A stretch of DNA of 53,979 nucleotides from Candidatus Binatia bacterium (lineage in GTDB: Bacteria > Methylomirabilota > Methylomirabilia > Rokubacteriales > CSP1-6), in assembly GCA_035574035.1 (NCBI GenBank), contig DATLZL010000429.1:1-53979 (forward strand), written 5' to 3'. Position numbers and translations under genes: made by a program. The notes under the pieces are model-generated. The model was not told the DNA's origin and made no database searches. It saw only the letters and a program-made list of their open reading frames with translations. Of this stretch, positions 16,952 to 30,792 are shown one piece after another. Each line of letters starts with the position of its first letter. The first letter of the stretch is position 1.

Positions 16952-17521
16952 ATGCAGGTGTCAACGGCCGAGTTCCGCAAAGGCTTGCGCATCGTCTTCG
17001 ACGGGCAGCCCTACACGATCGTGGATTTCCAGCACGTGAAGCCCGGCAAGGGCGGTGCCTTCGTGCGCACCCGGCTCAAGCACATGCGCGAAGGCCGGGT
17101 CATCGACAACACGTTCCGGTCCGGCGAGAAGGTCGAGCTGGTCGACTTCCAGGAGCGGAAGATGCAGTTCCTCTATCGGGACGACCGCTTCCACTTCATG
17201 GACCTGGAAACCTACGATCAGGTCTCGCTCTCACCGGAAGAGGTGGGGGAGGCGGCCCTTTATCTCAAGGAGAACACCGAGGTGGAAGTGCTCTACATCG
17301 ACGGCTCGCCGGCGACGATCGAGCTGCCGAACTTCATCGAGCTGAAGATCGTCGAGACCGAGCCCGGTGTCCGGGGTGATACGGCCCAGGGCGGCTCCAA
17401 GCCCGCCCGGCTGGAGACGGGGGCGGTGGTCCAGGTGCCCCTGTTCCTGAACGAGGGGGACATCGTGAAGGTGGACACCCGCACGGGTGAGTACCTGGGG
17501 CGGGTCGCGGCGGCCGGCTAG
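16952..17521 (+). CDS. efp: elongation factor P
   Basis: [43 protein letters not shown] is a near-textbook EF-P N-terminus. The upstream part of track ORF 16814.. overlaps the TPR gene in another frame. Confidence 0.95.
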   Translation: MQVSTAEFRKGLRIVFDGQPYTIVDFQHVKPGKGGAFVRTRLKHMREGRVIDNTFRSGEKVELVDFQERKMQFLYRDDRFHFMDLETYDQVSLSPEEVGEAALYLKENTEVEVLYIDGSPATIELPNFIELKIVETEPGVRGDTAQGGSKPARLETGAVVQVPLFLNEGDIVKVDTRTGEYLGRVAAAG

Positions 17522-17522
17522 C

Positions 17523-18002
<480 letters not shown>

Positions 18003-18031
18003 GCGGGGGCGGAGCCCCCAAAACCCAGGCG

Positions 18032-19368
<1,337 letters not shown>

Positions 19369-19369
<1 letters not shown>

Positions 19370-20016
19370 TGGACGTCCGGCTGTACGTGATCCTCGACCG
19401 GACGGCCGCGCGCGGCCGCGAGCTAGCGACGATCCTGGAGGGAGCCCTGGCCGGCGGGTGCCGCCTGTTCCAGTTGCGGGAGAAGCAGTGGCCGTCGGGG
19501 CGCCTCCTGCCCGTCGCCGAGCGCCTCCGGGCGCTCTGCCGGGAGGCAGGGGCCACGTTCATCGTCAACGACCGGATCGACCTGGCCCTGGCCGTGGACG
19601 CCGACGGCGTCCACCTGGGCCAGGAGGACCTGCCCCCGGCCTCCGCCCGCCCCCTGCTGCGCCCGGGCATGGTGCTCGGCCTGTCGACGCACAGCGAGGC
19701 GCAGGCCTGGGCGGCCCAGGCGGCCGGGGCCGACTACGTGGCCGTGGGCGCCATGTTCCCCACCGGCACCAAGCCCGACTTCCAGCTGGTCGGCCCGGCG
19801 CTCCTGCGGAAACTGCGCGGCGCGATCCGCGTTCCCTTGATAGGGATCGGAGGTATCACCCATGCCAACGTAGCGGAGGTCATCCGGGCGGGCGCCGACG
19901 GGGTGGCGGTGATATCGGCCGTGTGCGGCGCTCCAGACCCCGAGGCCGCAACCCGGCGATTTCTCGATCTGATCGACGCCGCCCGCGGCTTGACCCCCGG
20001 GGGCCGGCCGCTATAA
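19369..20016 (+). CDS. thiE: thiamine-phosphate synthase
   Basis: MDVRLYVILDR...FQLREK...FIVNDRIDLALAVDADGVHLGQEDL...IGIGGI matches ThiE. The ATG overlaps the accC TGA (TGATG at 19367-19371). Confidence 0.9.
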
Positions 20017-20017
20017 T
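19990..20017 (+). promoter_or_regulatory. near-consensus sigma-70 promoter for the liv-type transporter operon
   Basis: The element is TTGACC-N16-TATAAT. The -10 box contains the thiE TAA stop codon. It lies 46 nt upstream of the ATG at 20064, which has a GGAGGG RBS. Confidence 0.6.
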
Positions 20018-20063
20018 GGCCGCGCGGAAGTTCCGACCCGGACCTCACGAGGAGGGAACCCTC

Positions 20064-21254
20064 ATGAACAGTGCCGGCGTGCGCGCAGTCCTCAGTCTGC
20101 TCGTCGCCCTGGTCGTGCTGGCGGCCGGCGTCCCGGCCGAGGCGCAGGGCAAGGGGACGATCAAGATCGCGACCCAGAGCCCGCTCAGCGGTGACCAGGC
20201 GGCTCTCGGCGAGGGCATCAAGCTCGGTGCCCAGCTGGCGGTCGAGAAGTTCAAGGGCCCGCTGGAAAAGCGCGGCTTCAAGGTGGAACTGGTACCGTTC
20301 GACGACCAGGCCAAACCCGACGTCGGGGTCGCGAACGCCCGCAACATCATCGCCGACAAGGAGATCCTGGGTGTCATCGGCCACCTGAACTCGGGCGTGG
20401 CCATCCCCTCGTCCGAGGTCTACCGGGAAGTCAATCTGGTCATGATCTCTCCCGCCAACACCAACCCCACGGTCACCGATCGGGGGTACAAGAACGTCTT
20501 CCGGGTGTGCGGGCGCGATGACGTCCAGGGGGTGGTCGGCTCTGAGTTCGCCAAGGGCCTGGGCATCAAGAGCGTCTACATCGTCCACGACAAGACGACC
20601 TACGGGCAGGGCGTGGCCGAGTTCTTCCGCGACGACGCCGAGAAGAAGGGCATCAAGGTGCTCGGCTTCGAGGGGACCGAAGAGAAGTCGAACTTCGACC
20701 CGATCCTGACGCCCATCCGGGCCAAGAATCCCGACCTGATCTACTTCGGCGGCATCTACTCCCAGGCCGCCCCCTTCTTCAAGCAGGCGCGGGAGAAGGG
20801 GATCAAGGCCAAGTTCATGGGCCCGGACGGCATGGACTCCTCGGACCTGACCAAGATCGCCGGCAAGGCCGTGGTCGGCATGTACTACACCACCGTCGCC
20901 GGGCCGGTGGAGGTGTACCCGCAGGCCAAGGACTTCGCCGAGGAGTTCAAGAAGAAGTTCGGGAAGAACCCGGAGCCGTTCTCGGCCCAGGCCTACGACG
21001 CCACCGCCATCCTGATCAAGGCCATCGAGGCGGCGGCCAAGGGTGACAAGTACCCGACCCGCGATGCCGTCACCGCGGCCGTCCGTGACGTCAAGCATAA
21101 GGGCATCACCGGCTCCGTCGAGTTCGACGAGAAGGGCGACCCGCGGAAGGCGCTGTACTTCGTCATGCAGGTCGCGAGCGAGGACCCCCAGCAGTGGGGG
21201 AAGAACAAGGAAGTCAAGCGGCTCGAGATCGCCGCGCCGAAGGCCAAGCGGTAG
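20064..21254 (+). CDS. branched-chain amino acid-type ABC transporter substrate-binding protein (LivJ/LivK-like)
   Basis: An internal ATG follows a GGAGGG RBS. The signal peptide is MNSAGVRAVLSLLVALVVLAAGVPAEAQG. The Peripla_BP_6-like body reads IKIATQSPLSGDQAALG...GHLNSGVAIPSS.... Confidence 0.88.
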   Translation: MNSAGVRAVLSLLVALVVLAAGVPAEAQGKGTIKIATQSPLSGDQAALGEGIKLGAQLAVEKFKGPLEKRGFKVELVPFDDQAKPDVGVANARNIIADKEILGVIGHLNSGVAIPSSEVYREVNLVMISPANTNPTVTDRGYKNVFRVCGRDDVQGVVGSEFAKGLGIKSVYIVHDKTTYGQGVAEFFRDDAEKKGIKVLGFEGTEEKSNFDPILTPIRAKNPDLIYFGGIYSQAAPFFKQAREKGIKAKFMGPDGMDSSDLTKIAGKAVVGMYYTTVAGPVEVYPQAKDFAEEFKKKFGKNPEPFSAQAYDATAILIKAIEAAAKGDKYPTRDAVTAAVRDVKHKGITGSVEFDEKGDPRKALYFVMQVASEDPQQWGKNKEVKRLEIAAPKAKR

Positions 21255-21271
21255 GCGCCGACAGCGCCTGA

Positions 21272-21305
21272 GGGCAGGGCGGGGCCGGCTCATCCCGCCC
21301 TGCCC
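21272..21305 (+). terminator. intra-operon GC-rich stem-loop between the binding-protein gene and the permease genes
   Basis: A perfect 12-bp inverted repeat, GGGCAGGGCGGG (21272-21283) and CCCGCCCTGCCC (21294-21305), flanks a 10-nt loop. There is no U-tract. Confidence 0.45.
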
Positions 21306-21329
21306 CGATCTCCACCCCCACGCCGCCGC

Positions 21330-22297
<968 letters not shown>

Positions 22298-22301
<4 letters not shown>

Positions 22302-23536
22302 TCTTGCACGGCGTCGCCGCCGTCGGCCTGCTGGCGGTCTCGGGCTTCGCGGTGGCGACCTATCCGCGCTCGGTGCTGGCCTTCCTGCTCTTTCAGGGGG
22401 CCGTCCTGTTCGCCTACCTGGCCCGCATCCCGCCCTGGCTCAAGTGGAGCCTGTTGGCCGTCGCCCTGCTCGGGATGATGCCGATAATCGGCGCCTACAA
22501 CGGGTACTACCTTGAGATCGCGACCCAGGTCGGCATCTTCGTCGCCCTGGCCCTGGGCCTCAACATCGTGGTGGGGCTCGCCGGGCTGCTCGACCTCGGG
22601 TACGTGGCGTTCTACGCCGTCGGCGCCTACGCCTGGGCCATCTACGGCTCTCCGCACGCCAACCTGATCTTCGGCGGCGGATTCCCCCTGCCGGCGTGGA
22701 CCTTTTATCTCTTTCTGGTGGTCGGCCTGGCGGTCGGGGCCGTCACCGGCATCCTGCTGGGGCTGCCGGTGCTGCGCCTCCGGGGCGACTACCTGGCCAT
22801 CGTCACCCTGGGGTTCGGCGAGGTGATCCGCGTCCTGGCCAACAACCTCGACAAGCCGATCAACCTCACCAACGGGCCAAAGGGCATCACCCCGATCTCG
22901 CGGCCGCCGGCGCCGTTCGGCATCTCGTATGGAGAGTACTTCTACTTCCTCGTCCTGCTGATCGTGCTGGTCGTGATCCTGGTCAACCGACGGCTCGAGG
23001 ACTCGCACATCGGGCGCGCCTGGGAGGCGATCCGCGAGGACGAGCTGGCCGCCCAGGCCATGGGCGTGCCCCTGGTCCGCATGAAGCTGCTGGCCTTCGC
23101 CTGCGGCGCCTCGTTCGCCGGGATCATGGGGGTCGTGTTCTCGGCCAAGCAGGTCTTCATCAACCCGGAGTCGTTCACCTTCCTGGAGTCGATCGGCGTG
23201 CTGGCCATGGTGATCCTGGGCGGCATGGGCTCCATCCCCGGCGCCGTGCTGGGCGCCACGGTCGTGACCGTGCTGAACCTGCAGGTCCTGAAGGGCTTCT
23301 CGCTCTGGCTCAACGAGCTCAAGAGCGCCGGCGTCACGATCCTGGGCTTCAATCTGGCCGACCTGCCGACCCAGTTCGAGCCGGCCAAGTACGAGCGGAT
23401 GATCTTCGGCGTCATCTTGATCCTCATGATGATCTTCCGTCCCCAGGGCATCCTGCCGGCCCGGCGCCGGCAGCGCGAGCTGGCCGAGCCGGCGCCGGCG
23501 GCCGTGCAGCCTCAGGTGGAGCCGACGATCCCATGA
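22298..23536 (+). CDS. livM: branched-chain amino acid ABC transporter permease (LivM-type)
   Basis: An internal ATG overlaps the livH stop (ATGA). The LivM core reads GLNIVVGLAGLLDLGYVAFYAVGAY...LRLRGDYLAIVTLGFGEVIR. Confidence 0.9.
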
Positions 23537-24313
23537 CCTCGCTCTTCGAGGCGCGCGGTGTTACCAAGCGGTTCGGCGGCCTGACCGCCGTCCACCGCGT
23601 GGACTTCGCGCTGACGTCGGGGATCGCCTCGATCATCGGCCCCAACGGCGCCGGCAAGACGACGCTCTTCAACATCTTCACCGGGCTCTACCGACCGGAC
23701 GAGGGGATGGTGACGTTCCAGGGCCGGTCCCTGATCGGGCTTCGCCCGGACGAGATCACCGCGCTCGGCATCTGCCGAACGTTCCAGAACATCCGGCTGT
23801 TCCGCAACATGACCGCGATCGAGAACGTCCTGGTCGGCATGCACGCTCGCATCCCCCTCGGCCTGGCGCCGGTGCTGGCGCGCACCGCCCGGTTCCGGCG
23901 GATCGAAGCCGGGCTCTGGAGCGAGGCGGCCGGCCTCCTTGACCGGGTCGGGCTCCGGCGCGCCGCCAACGAGGTGGCCAAGAACCTCCCGTACGGGGAT
24001 CAGCGGCGGCTGGAGATCGCCCGCGCCCTGGCCGCCCGGCCGACCCTGCTGCTGCTCGACGAGCCGACTGCCGGCATGACCCAGTCGGAAGCCGGCGCCC
24101 TGATGGCCCTGTTGCGCCGGCTGGTGGCCGACCTCCGGCTGGCGATCATTCTGATCGAGCACAACATGCGGGTGGTGATGGAGGTCTCCGACCGCGTCAC
24201 CGTGCTCGATCACGGCGAGAAGATCGCCGAGGGCCCGCCCGAGCTGGTGCAGTCCGACCCGCGGGTCATCGAAGCCTACCTCGGACGCGCGTCGTGGGCC
24301 GGGCGGAGGGCCC

Positions 24314-24327
<14 letters not shown>
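23533..24327 (+). CDS. livG: ABC transporter ATP-binding protein (LivG-type)
   Basis: The ATG overlaps the livM stop. Walker A is GPNGAGKTT, the signature is LPYGDQRRLEIARAL, and Walker B is LLLLDEP. Confidence 0.92.
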
Positions 24328-25015
<688 letters not shown>

Positions 25016-25026
25016 CGGGAGCCGGC

Positions 25027-25506
25027 ATGCGTTCTCACGGCCTGAGCTGGGAGGAGCACTCCATCGGCGCCCGCTACCAGACGCTGGCGCGGACGATCTC
25101 GGAGACCGACATCGTCACCTTCGTCAACCTGTGCGGCTTCACCGAGCCGCTCTTCATGGACATGGAGTACGTGCGCCGGGAGTCGGTCTTCGGCCGCCGG
25201 GCGGCGCCGGGCGCGCTCACCTTCGCCCTGTCCGAGGGCCTGGTCATGCAGACCGGCTTGATCCACGGCACCGGCATGGCTTTCCTCGGCGGCGAGGTCC
25301 GGATCGTGGCGCCGGTGCTGGCGGACGATACGATCCGGGTCGAGGTCGAGGTGGTGGACAAGCGCGAGACGAAGAAGCCGGACCGCGGCATCGTGACCTA
25401 CCACCACCGCGTGCTGAACCAGCGTGAGGAGCTCGTCATGGAGGTCCGGGTCCAGCGCATGATCCGTCGGATCCCGGCCGCGCCGGGATCCGGGCAGGCC
25501 CGCTGA
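25027..25506 (+). CDS. MaoC-like (R)-hydratase/dehydratase, hotdog fold
   Basis: The protein is 159 aa. ...TISETDIVTFVNLCGFTEPLFMDMEY...GALTFALSEGL...IVTYHHRVLNQ has a MaoC dehydratase-like layout. Confidence 0.75.
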   Translation: MRSHGLSWEEHSIGARYQTLARTISETDIVTFVNLCGFTEPLFMDMEYVRRESVFGRRAAPGALTFALSEGLVMQTGLIHGTGMAFLGGEVRIVAPVLADDTIRVEVEVVDKRETKKPDRGIVTYHHRVLNQREELVMEVRVQRMIRRIPAAPGSGQAR

Positions 25507-26490
25507 GTGCTGGTCCTGGCCCGCGCCGACGTCGAGCGCCTGCTGACCCCCGCCGACGTGATCGTCGCCGTCGAAGCGGCGTTCGTGGCTCAGGCCCGCG
25601 GCCGGGCCATCGTCCCGCCGCGGACCGGCCTCGCCGCCGGCGAGGACGGCGTGCTGCTGGTGATGCCCGCCGCCCTCGGCGGAGCCCGGGGCGAGGCGGG
25701 TCTCGGCGCCAAGCTGGTCTCCGTCTACGAGCGGAACCGGGAGCGGGGCTACCCCACCCTCCATGCCGTCTATGTCCTGCTCGAGGCCGCCACCGGCCGA
25801 CCGCTGGCGGTCCTGGAGGCGACCGCTCTCACCGGCATTCGCACCGGCGCCACCTCGGCCCTGGCGGCACGCTTCCTCGCCCGCCCCACGGCCAGGTCGG
25901 TGGCCTGCTTCGGCGCCGGCGCCCAGGCGCGGTGGCAGCTCGAGTGCCTGGCCGCCGTCCGCCGGATCGAGCGGGTGGAGGTCATCGGCCGAGATCGCGA
26001 ACGGGTGGTCGCCTTCGCCGCGACGATGGCCGAGCGCCTCGGCGTGCGGGTGACCGCCGCCGACGATCCGCGCCGGGCCGTCCGGGAGGCGGACGTGGTC
26101 ACCTGCGCGACCACCTCGCGCGAGCCGGTCGTCTTCGGTGCCGACCTCCGGCCGGGCGTGCACGTCGATCTGGTGGGCGCTTTCCGGCCCAGCGATCGGG
26201 AAGCCGACACGGAAGCCGTCCGCCGCGCGCGGGTGGTCGTGGACACCTATGCCGGGGCCCTGGAAGAGGCCGGAGACATCCTGATCCCGCTGAAGGAGGG
26301 AGCCATCGCGCGGGACCACATCGCCGCCGAGCTGAGCGAGGTGGTCACCGGCGCCCGACCGGGCCGCCGCCGGGACGACGAAATCACGCTGTTCAAATCG
26401 GTGGGCTGGGCGCTGGAGGACCTGGCGGCGGCCCGGCTGGCGTACGAGCTGGCCCGGCGCCAGGGGGTCGGCTGCCAGGTCCGGCTGTGA
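25507..26490 (+). CDS. ornithine cyclodeaminase / mu-crystallin family protein (possible ketimine/imino-acid reductase)
   Basis: LEATALTGIRTGATSALAARFLARP....ACFGAGAQARWQLECL...VTCATTSREPV is the OCD_Mu_crystallin signature, including the Rossmann GxGxQA. The GTG start lies immediately after the MaoC stop. Confidence 0.85.
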   Translation: MLVLARADVERLLTPADVIVAVEAAFVAQARGRAIVPPRTGLAAGEDGVLLVMPAALGGARGEAGLGAKLVSVYERNRERGYPTLHAVYVLLEAATGRPLAVLEATALTGIRTGATSALAARFLARPTARSVACFGAGAQARWQLECLAAVRRIERVEVIGRDRERVVAFAATMAERLGVRVTAADDPRRAVREADVVTCATTSREPVVFGADLRPGVHVDLVGAFRPSDREADTEAVRRARVVVDTYAGALEEAGDILIPLKEGAIARDHIAAELSEVVTGARPGRRRDDEITLFKSVGWALEDLAAARLAYELARRQGVGCQVRL

Positions 26491-26981
26491 CAGGCCTCGT
26501 CGCCCGGATCAACGTCTCCTCCGGTGGCGTTCCGAAGACCCCGGTCGACGCCGCCTGGGTGGATGTCCTGGGACTCGAAGGCGACGGTCACCGCGACTCT
26601 CGCCACCACGGGGGTCCCGACCGCGCCGTCTGCCTCTACGCGCTCGAGGCCATCGAAGCGCTGCAGGCCGAAGGGCACCCGATCTTCCCGGGCGCCCTGG
26701 GCGAGAACCTCACCGTCCGTGGGCTCCCCTGGAAGACGCTCACGCCGGGCCGCGTGCTGGAAGTCGGAACGGCCGTCCTCGAGATCACCGCCTACACGAG
26801 CCCGTGCGAGACCATCGCGGGCGCCTTCCGGGACGGGGACTTCTCGCGCGTGGCCCACAAGCGCCATCCCGGCTGGAGCCGGCTCTACGCGCGCGTGCTG
26901 GTCCCCGGCCGCGTGCGTCGCGGTGACGCGGTCCGCCTCCTCGCGCCCGGCCAGTCACCGGCGGAAAGCACCGGCCGGTGA
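26487..26981 (+). CDS. MOSC domain protein (YiiM-like)
   Basis: The GTG at 26487 overlaps the upstream stop (GTGA). ...GLEGDGHRDSRHHGGPDRAVCLY...PGALGENLTVRGL...LEITAYTSPCETI includes the conserved Cys context of MOSC domains. Confidence 0.8.
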   Translation: MTGLVARINVSSGGVPKTPVDAAWVDVLGLEGDGHRDSRHHGGPDRAVCLYALEAIEALQAEGHPIFPGALGENLTVRGLPWKTLTPGRVLEVGTAVLEITAYTSPCETIAGAFRDGDFSRVAHKRHPGWSRLYARVLVPGRVRRGDAVRLLAPGQSPAESTGR

Positions 26982-28180
26982 AGCGCACGGCCGACGTCGT
27001 GGTGATCGGGGCGGGGGTCACCGGCCTGGCGACCGCGTTCCATCTGGCGCGCCGACGGGCTGGCCGCATCGTGGTGGTCGAGCGCTGGTTCGTCGGCGCC
27101 GGTGGGACCGGCCACTCCGTCGGGATCGTCCGCCAACTCTACCCGACGGTGGAGGCGACGCAGATGGTCCGCCGGTCGCTCGACGTGTTCCGCCACTTCG
27201 CGGAGGCCGTGGGGGGCCATGCCGGCTACGTGGCGTGCGGCGTGCTGATCGCGGTGTCGGCCGCGATGCGGCCACTCCTGGAGAAGACGCTGGCGACGCA
27301 GCGCGGTCTCGGCGTGCGGGCCGAGATCCTCCCGCCCGAGGACGTTCGCCGGCTGGATCCACGGATCGACACGACGGACCGGGCCGCCGTGCTCTGGGAG
27401 CCGGACTCCGGCTACGGCGACCCGGTCGGCGTCGCCGCCGGCTTCGCCGACGCGGCCCGGCGGCTCGGGGTGACGATTGAGCAACATTCCGAGGTCACCG
27501 CGATCGTCACCCGTGAGGGTCGCGTCCGCGGGATCCGGCTCGCAAGCGGCGAGGCCATCGAGACGGGCACGGTGGTCAACGCGGCCGGGCTCTGGGCTCC
27601 CAGGATGGCCCGGCTGGTCGGACTCGAGCTGCCGATCGTGATCGGGCGGCACCCGGTCTTCATCCTCGAGCGGGGCGGAGGTTTCGGCCCGCCCCATCCC
27701 GTCTACCTCGACCTTGACGGCGGTGCCTACGTGCGGCCGGAAACGGGAAACCTGACCCTGACCGGCTCCCTGACCGACGACGAGACGCAGCACCCCATGG
27801 ACCCCGAGCACCTCGGGATGGAACCCGCCTGGGAGGAGGCCGAGCCCGTCCTGGCGCGCACGATGCGGGCTCTCCCGGCCCTGGCCGATGCCCGCTACCG
27901 GCGCGGATACGCGGGAGCGTTCGACATCACGCCCGACTGGATGCCGATCCTCGACCGCTCGCCCGTCGACGGCTTCTGGATCGCGGCCGGCATGAGCGGG
28001 CACGGCTTCAAGCTCAGCCCTGCCGTCGGGGAGACGATGGCCGCGCTGATCACCGGCGCGACGCCTCCGGTCAGTCCCGAGCCGTTCCGTCTCGGCCGGT
28101 TCACCGGGACACGACCCGCCGGCTCATTCGTGTCGTCTTACCTGAGCGCCGGTCCGACCGTCCTGAACGCCGGAGACTGA
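26978..28180 (+). CDS. FAD-dependent oxidoreductase (DAO family; sarcosine oxidase beta / D-amino-acid or imino-acid dehydrogenase-like)
   Basis: The start is GTGA-overlapped. The N-terminal dinucleotide fold is DVVVIGAGVTGLATAFHLA. The C-terminus reads ...AAGMSGHGFKLSPAVGE. Confidence 0.85.
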   Translation: MKRTADVVVIGAGVTGLATAFHLARRRAGRIVVVERWFVGAGGTGHSVGIVRQLYPTVEATQMVRRSLDVFRHFAEAVGGHAGYVACGVLIAVSAAMRPLLEKTLATQRGLGVRAEILPPEDVRRLDPRIDTTDRAAVLWEPDSGYGDPVGVAAGFADAARRLGVTIEQHSEVTAIVTREGRVRGIRLASGEAIETGTVVNAAGLWAPRMARLVGLELPIVIGRHPVFILERGGGFGPPHPVYLDLDGGAYVRPETGNLTLTGSLTDDETQHPMDPEHLGMEPAWEEAEPVLARTMRALPALADARYRRGYAGAFDITPDWMPILDRSPVDGFWIAAGMSGHGFKLSPAVGETMAALITGATPPVSPEPFRLGRFTGTRPAGSFVSSYLSAGPTVLNAGD

Positions 28181-28181
28181 C

Positions 28182-30221
28182 GTGGCCCAGGATTTCCAGC
28201 TGCGCGTGGGCGAGCAGGACCGGGCGGGTGTGGCCGAGGCCGAGCGCCTGGTGAAGGAGGCCGAGTTCGGTGCCCGGGAGCTCGGCGGCTGGTCGCTCTA
28301 CCTCGCGGGCGCGGTCGCCCTCGGGATGACGGCCTTTCAGCTCTGGACAGCCGGCGTGGGCCCGCTGCCCGGCGTCTTGCAACGCTCGGTCCACCTGACC
28401 TTCGCCATCGTGCTTGTGTTTCTGTTCTACCCCGCCGCCAAGCACGCCCGGCAGCGTCGCCTGCCGTGGTACGACCTCGTCCTCGCCGCCGCTGGCGCCT
28501 ACGCCGCCCTCTACGTCACGATCCACCACGAGGCGCTCATCCGGCGCGTCGGCACGCCGGAGCCGATGGACGTCTGGATGGGGGCGGTGCTGATCGTGCT
28601 CGTCCTGGAGGGCACCCGACGGGCGGTCGGCTTCTGGCTGCCGGCGATCACCATCCTCTTCCTCGCCTACGCCTTCGTCGGCCCCTGGATGCCGGAGCTG
28701 CTGTCCCACCGCGGATACAGCATCCGGCGGGTCGTCGGACAGCTCTACCTGACGACCGAGGGCCTGTTCGGCATCCCGCTGGCCGTCTCTGCCACCTTCG
28801 TGTTCGCCTTCGTCCTGTTCGGCGCCGTCCTGGAGCGCACCGGGGCTGGCGAGTACCTCATCCGGGTGGCGTTCTCGCTGGTCGGCCACACCCGGGGTGG
28901 ACCGGCCAAGGTGGCCGTGGTGGCGTCGGCATTCATGGGAACCATCACCGGCTCCTCGATCGCCAACACCGCCACCATCGGCTCGATGACGATCCCGCTT
29001 ATGAAGCGGGTGGGCTTCAAGCCGGAGGTGGCGGGCGGCATCGAGACGGCCGCCGGCGGCAACGGACAGCTCATGCCGCCGGTCATGGGTGCCGCCGCCT
29101 TCGTCATGGCCGAGTGGCTCCGGGTGCCCTACCTCGAGATCGCCAAGGCCGCCGCGCTGCCGGCGATCATCGACCAGTTAGGGTTGCTGGGAGCCGTGCA
29201 TCTGCTGGCGCTCAAGCAGGGCATCCGCGGCCTGCCCAAGCAGGAGCTGCCTCGCTTCCTGCCGACGTTCCTGTCCGGGCTCCACTACTTGATCCCGGTC
29301 GGCGTGCTGCTCTACTACCTCATCGTCAAGGAGTACACCCCGCTCACGTCCGCCTTCATGGCGCTGGTGGCGGCGGCCGGGATGTTCCTGGTGACCTCCG
29401 CCGTCCAGGGCATCCGGCGGCGGCCCGTCGTCCCGGGCCAGGCGCCGGCGACCGGACCGGCACCGGCTCTGCAGGAGGCCTCCCGGCGACTGGTGGCGGC
29501 CTGCTACATGGGCGCCCGCAACATGGCCTCGGTCGCCCTGACCTGCGCCTGCGCCGGCATCATCGTCGGCATCGTCACCCTCACCGGCGTCGGGCTCAAC
29601 CTCTCCGGGATCGTCGTCGACCTCGCCTCCGGCAGCCTGTACCTCGGCCTCTTCCTGACGATGGTCGCCTGTCTCGTCCTCGGCATGGGAGTCCCGACCA
29701 CGCCGACCTACATCATTATGGCCACGCTCACGGCGCCGGCGCTGATGGCCCTCGCCCAGAGCCAGGGGCTGGCCATCCCCATCATCGCCGTGCATCTGTT
29801 CGTCTTCTACTTCGGTATCCTGGCCGACGATACGCCGCCGGTAGGCCTGGCCGCCTACGCCGCCGCCGGCATCGCCCGCTCCGACCCCTTCAAGACCGGT
29901 GTGCGGGCCTTCACGCTGGACATGCGGACCTTCATCCTGCCGTACATGTTCATCACCGCTCCGGCGATGTTGCTGATCGACACGACCTGGTACGAGGCGG
30001 CCTGGATCTTCATGACGGCCGTGGTGGGCATGTACGCTCTGGCGGCCGCCATGCAGGGCTACTTCATCACCGATGCGCGCTGGTGGGAGCGGGCCGCGCT
30101 CTTCGCCTCGGCCCTCCTGCTGGTCAAGCCCGGACTCTACACCGACCTGGGCGGCATCGTGGGCGTCGCGCTCATCTACGGCATCCAGCGCCGGCGTGCT
30201 CCCGACGCCCCCCTCCTCTGA
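28182..30221 (+). CDS. TRAP transporter fused permease (TAXI-type 4TM/12TM fusion)
   Basis: This 679-aa polytopic protein starts with GTG 1 nt after the upstream stop. The N-terminus ...ARELGGWSLYLAGAVALGMTAFQLWTAG... and the overall length are typical of TAXI-associated fused DctQM permeases. Confidence 0.85.
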   Translation: MAQDFQLRVGEQDRAGVAEAERLVKEAEFGARELGGWSLYLAGAVALGMTAFQLWTAGVGPLPGVLQRSVHLTFAIVLVFLFYPAAKHARQRRLPWYDLVLAAAGAYAALYVTIHHEALIRRVGTPEPMDVWMGAVLIVLVLEGTRRAVGFWLPAITILFLAYAFVGPWMPELLSHRGYSIRRVVGQLYLTTEGLFGIPLAVSATFVFAFVLFGAVLERTGAGEYLIRVAFSLVGHTRGGPAKVAVVASAFMGTITGSSIANTATIGSMTIPLMKRVGFKPEVAGGIETAAGGNGQLMPPVMGAAAFVMAEWLRVPYLEIAKAAALPAIIDQLGLLGAVHLLALKQGIRGLPKQELPRFLPTFLSGLHYLIPVGVLLYYLIVKEYTPLTSAFMALVAAAGMFLVTSAVQGIRRRPVVPGQAPATGPAPALQEASRRLVAACYMGARNMASVALTCACAGIIVGIVTLTGVGLNLSGIVVDLASGSLYLGLFLTMVACLVLGMGVPTTPTYIIMATLTAPALMALAQSQGLAIPIIAVHLFVFYFGILADDTPPVGLAAYAAAGIARSDPFKTGVRAFTLDMRTFILPYMFITAPAMLLIDTTWYEAAWIFMTAVVGMYALAAAMQGYFITDARWWERAALFASALLLVKPGLYTDLGGIVGVALIYGIQRRRAPDAPLL

Positions 30222-30279
30222 TCGCCGGCCACCCGCCGCGCCGTGGCCTCACCGGGCGGCGAAGGCCCGCGTGCCGGCC

Positions 30280-30792
30280 TCAGCGGACGCCGATCCGGAC
30301 CGCGGCTCCTCCGGGGAACAGTTCCGGAAGGTTCACCTCGCGACCCGATGGCAGGATGAGCCGCTGGCGAGCGATGGGCGACACGCGCAGGCGCAGCTCC
30401 GGCAGCGCCGCCCCGCCGGCCGTGACGATCATACCGTCCCGGTACTGCCAGGCGTCCCCCGGCTGGGGCGCCGGCAAGCCGGGGCCGAAGCCGGCGTAGG
30501 CCGTCTCGTGCACGCGCAGGCTGCCGTCGGCCTCGACGATGAAGCTGCCCCGCACCGGAACGTTCTCTGAGGAATGGACCCAGGACAGCATCAGCCGGTC
30601 GCCGGGCCGGACCGGCTCGCGATGGACCACCCGGCCTCCATCGACGTCCTCGACTACCAGCACCTGCTCCGGTGCGTGCTCCTCGCACATGTCGGCGTCC
30701 GCGACGTGGGGGGCGAACGCGGTTATCGCCACCGCCGCCATCGCCAGCCGGGCCGGCCAGGAACGGCCGCGCAAGCGGCTACCGGCCGACAC
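30280..30792 (-). CDS. DUF1850 domain protein (TAXI-TRAP-associated, function unknown)
   Basis: ...VLVVEDVDGGRVVHREPVRPGDRLMLSWVHSSENVPVRGSFIV...ETAYAGFGPGLP... matches my recollection of DUF1850. The start overlaps the receptor gene's 3' end by 14 nt. An alternative in-frame start is at 30741. Confidence 0.65.
   Translation of the reverse strand: MSAGSRLRGRSWPARLAMAAVAITAFAPHVADADMCEEHAPEQVLVVEDVDGGRVVHREPVRPGDRLMLSWVHSSENVPVRGSFIVEADGSLRVHETAYAGFGPGLPAPQPGDAWQYRDGMIVTAGGAALPELRLRVSPIARQRLILPSGREVNLPELFPGGAAVRIGVR

Noticed and set aside
30222-30279. Small hairpins (GGCCAC-N10-GTGGCC and CGGGC-N9-GCCCG) in the convergent gap between the TRAP permease and DUF1850
   Set aside because: The stems are only 5-6 bp, which is easily produced by chance in GC-rich DNA, and there are no U-tracts. 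That is not enough to call a terminator.
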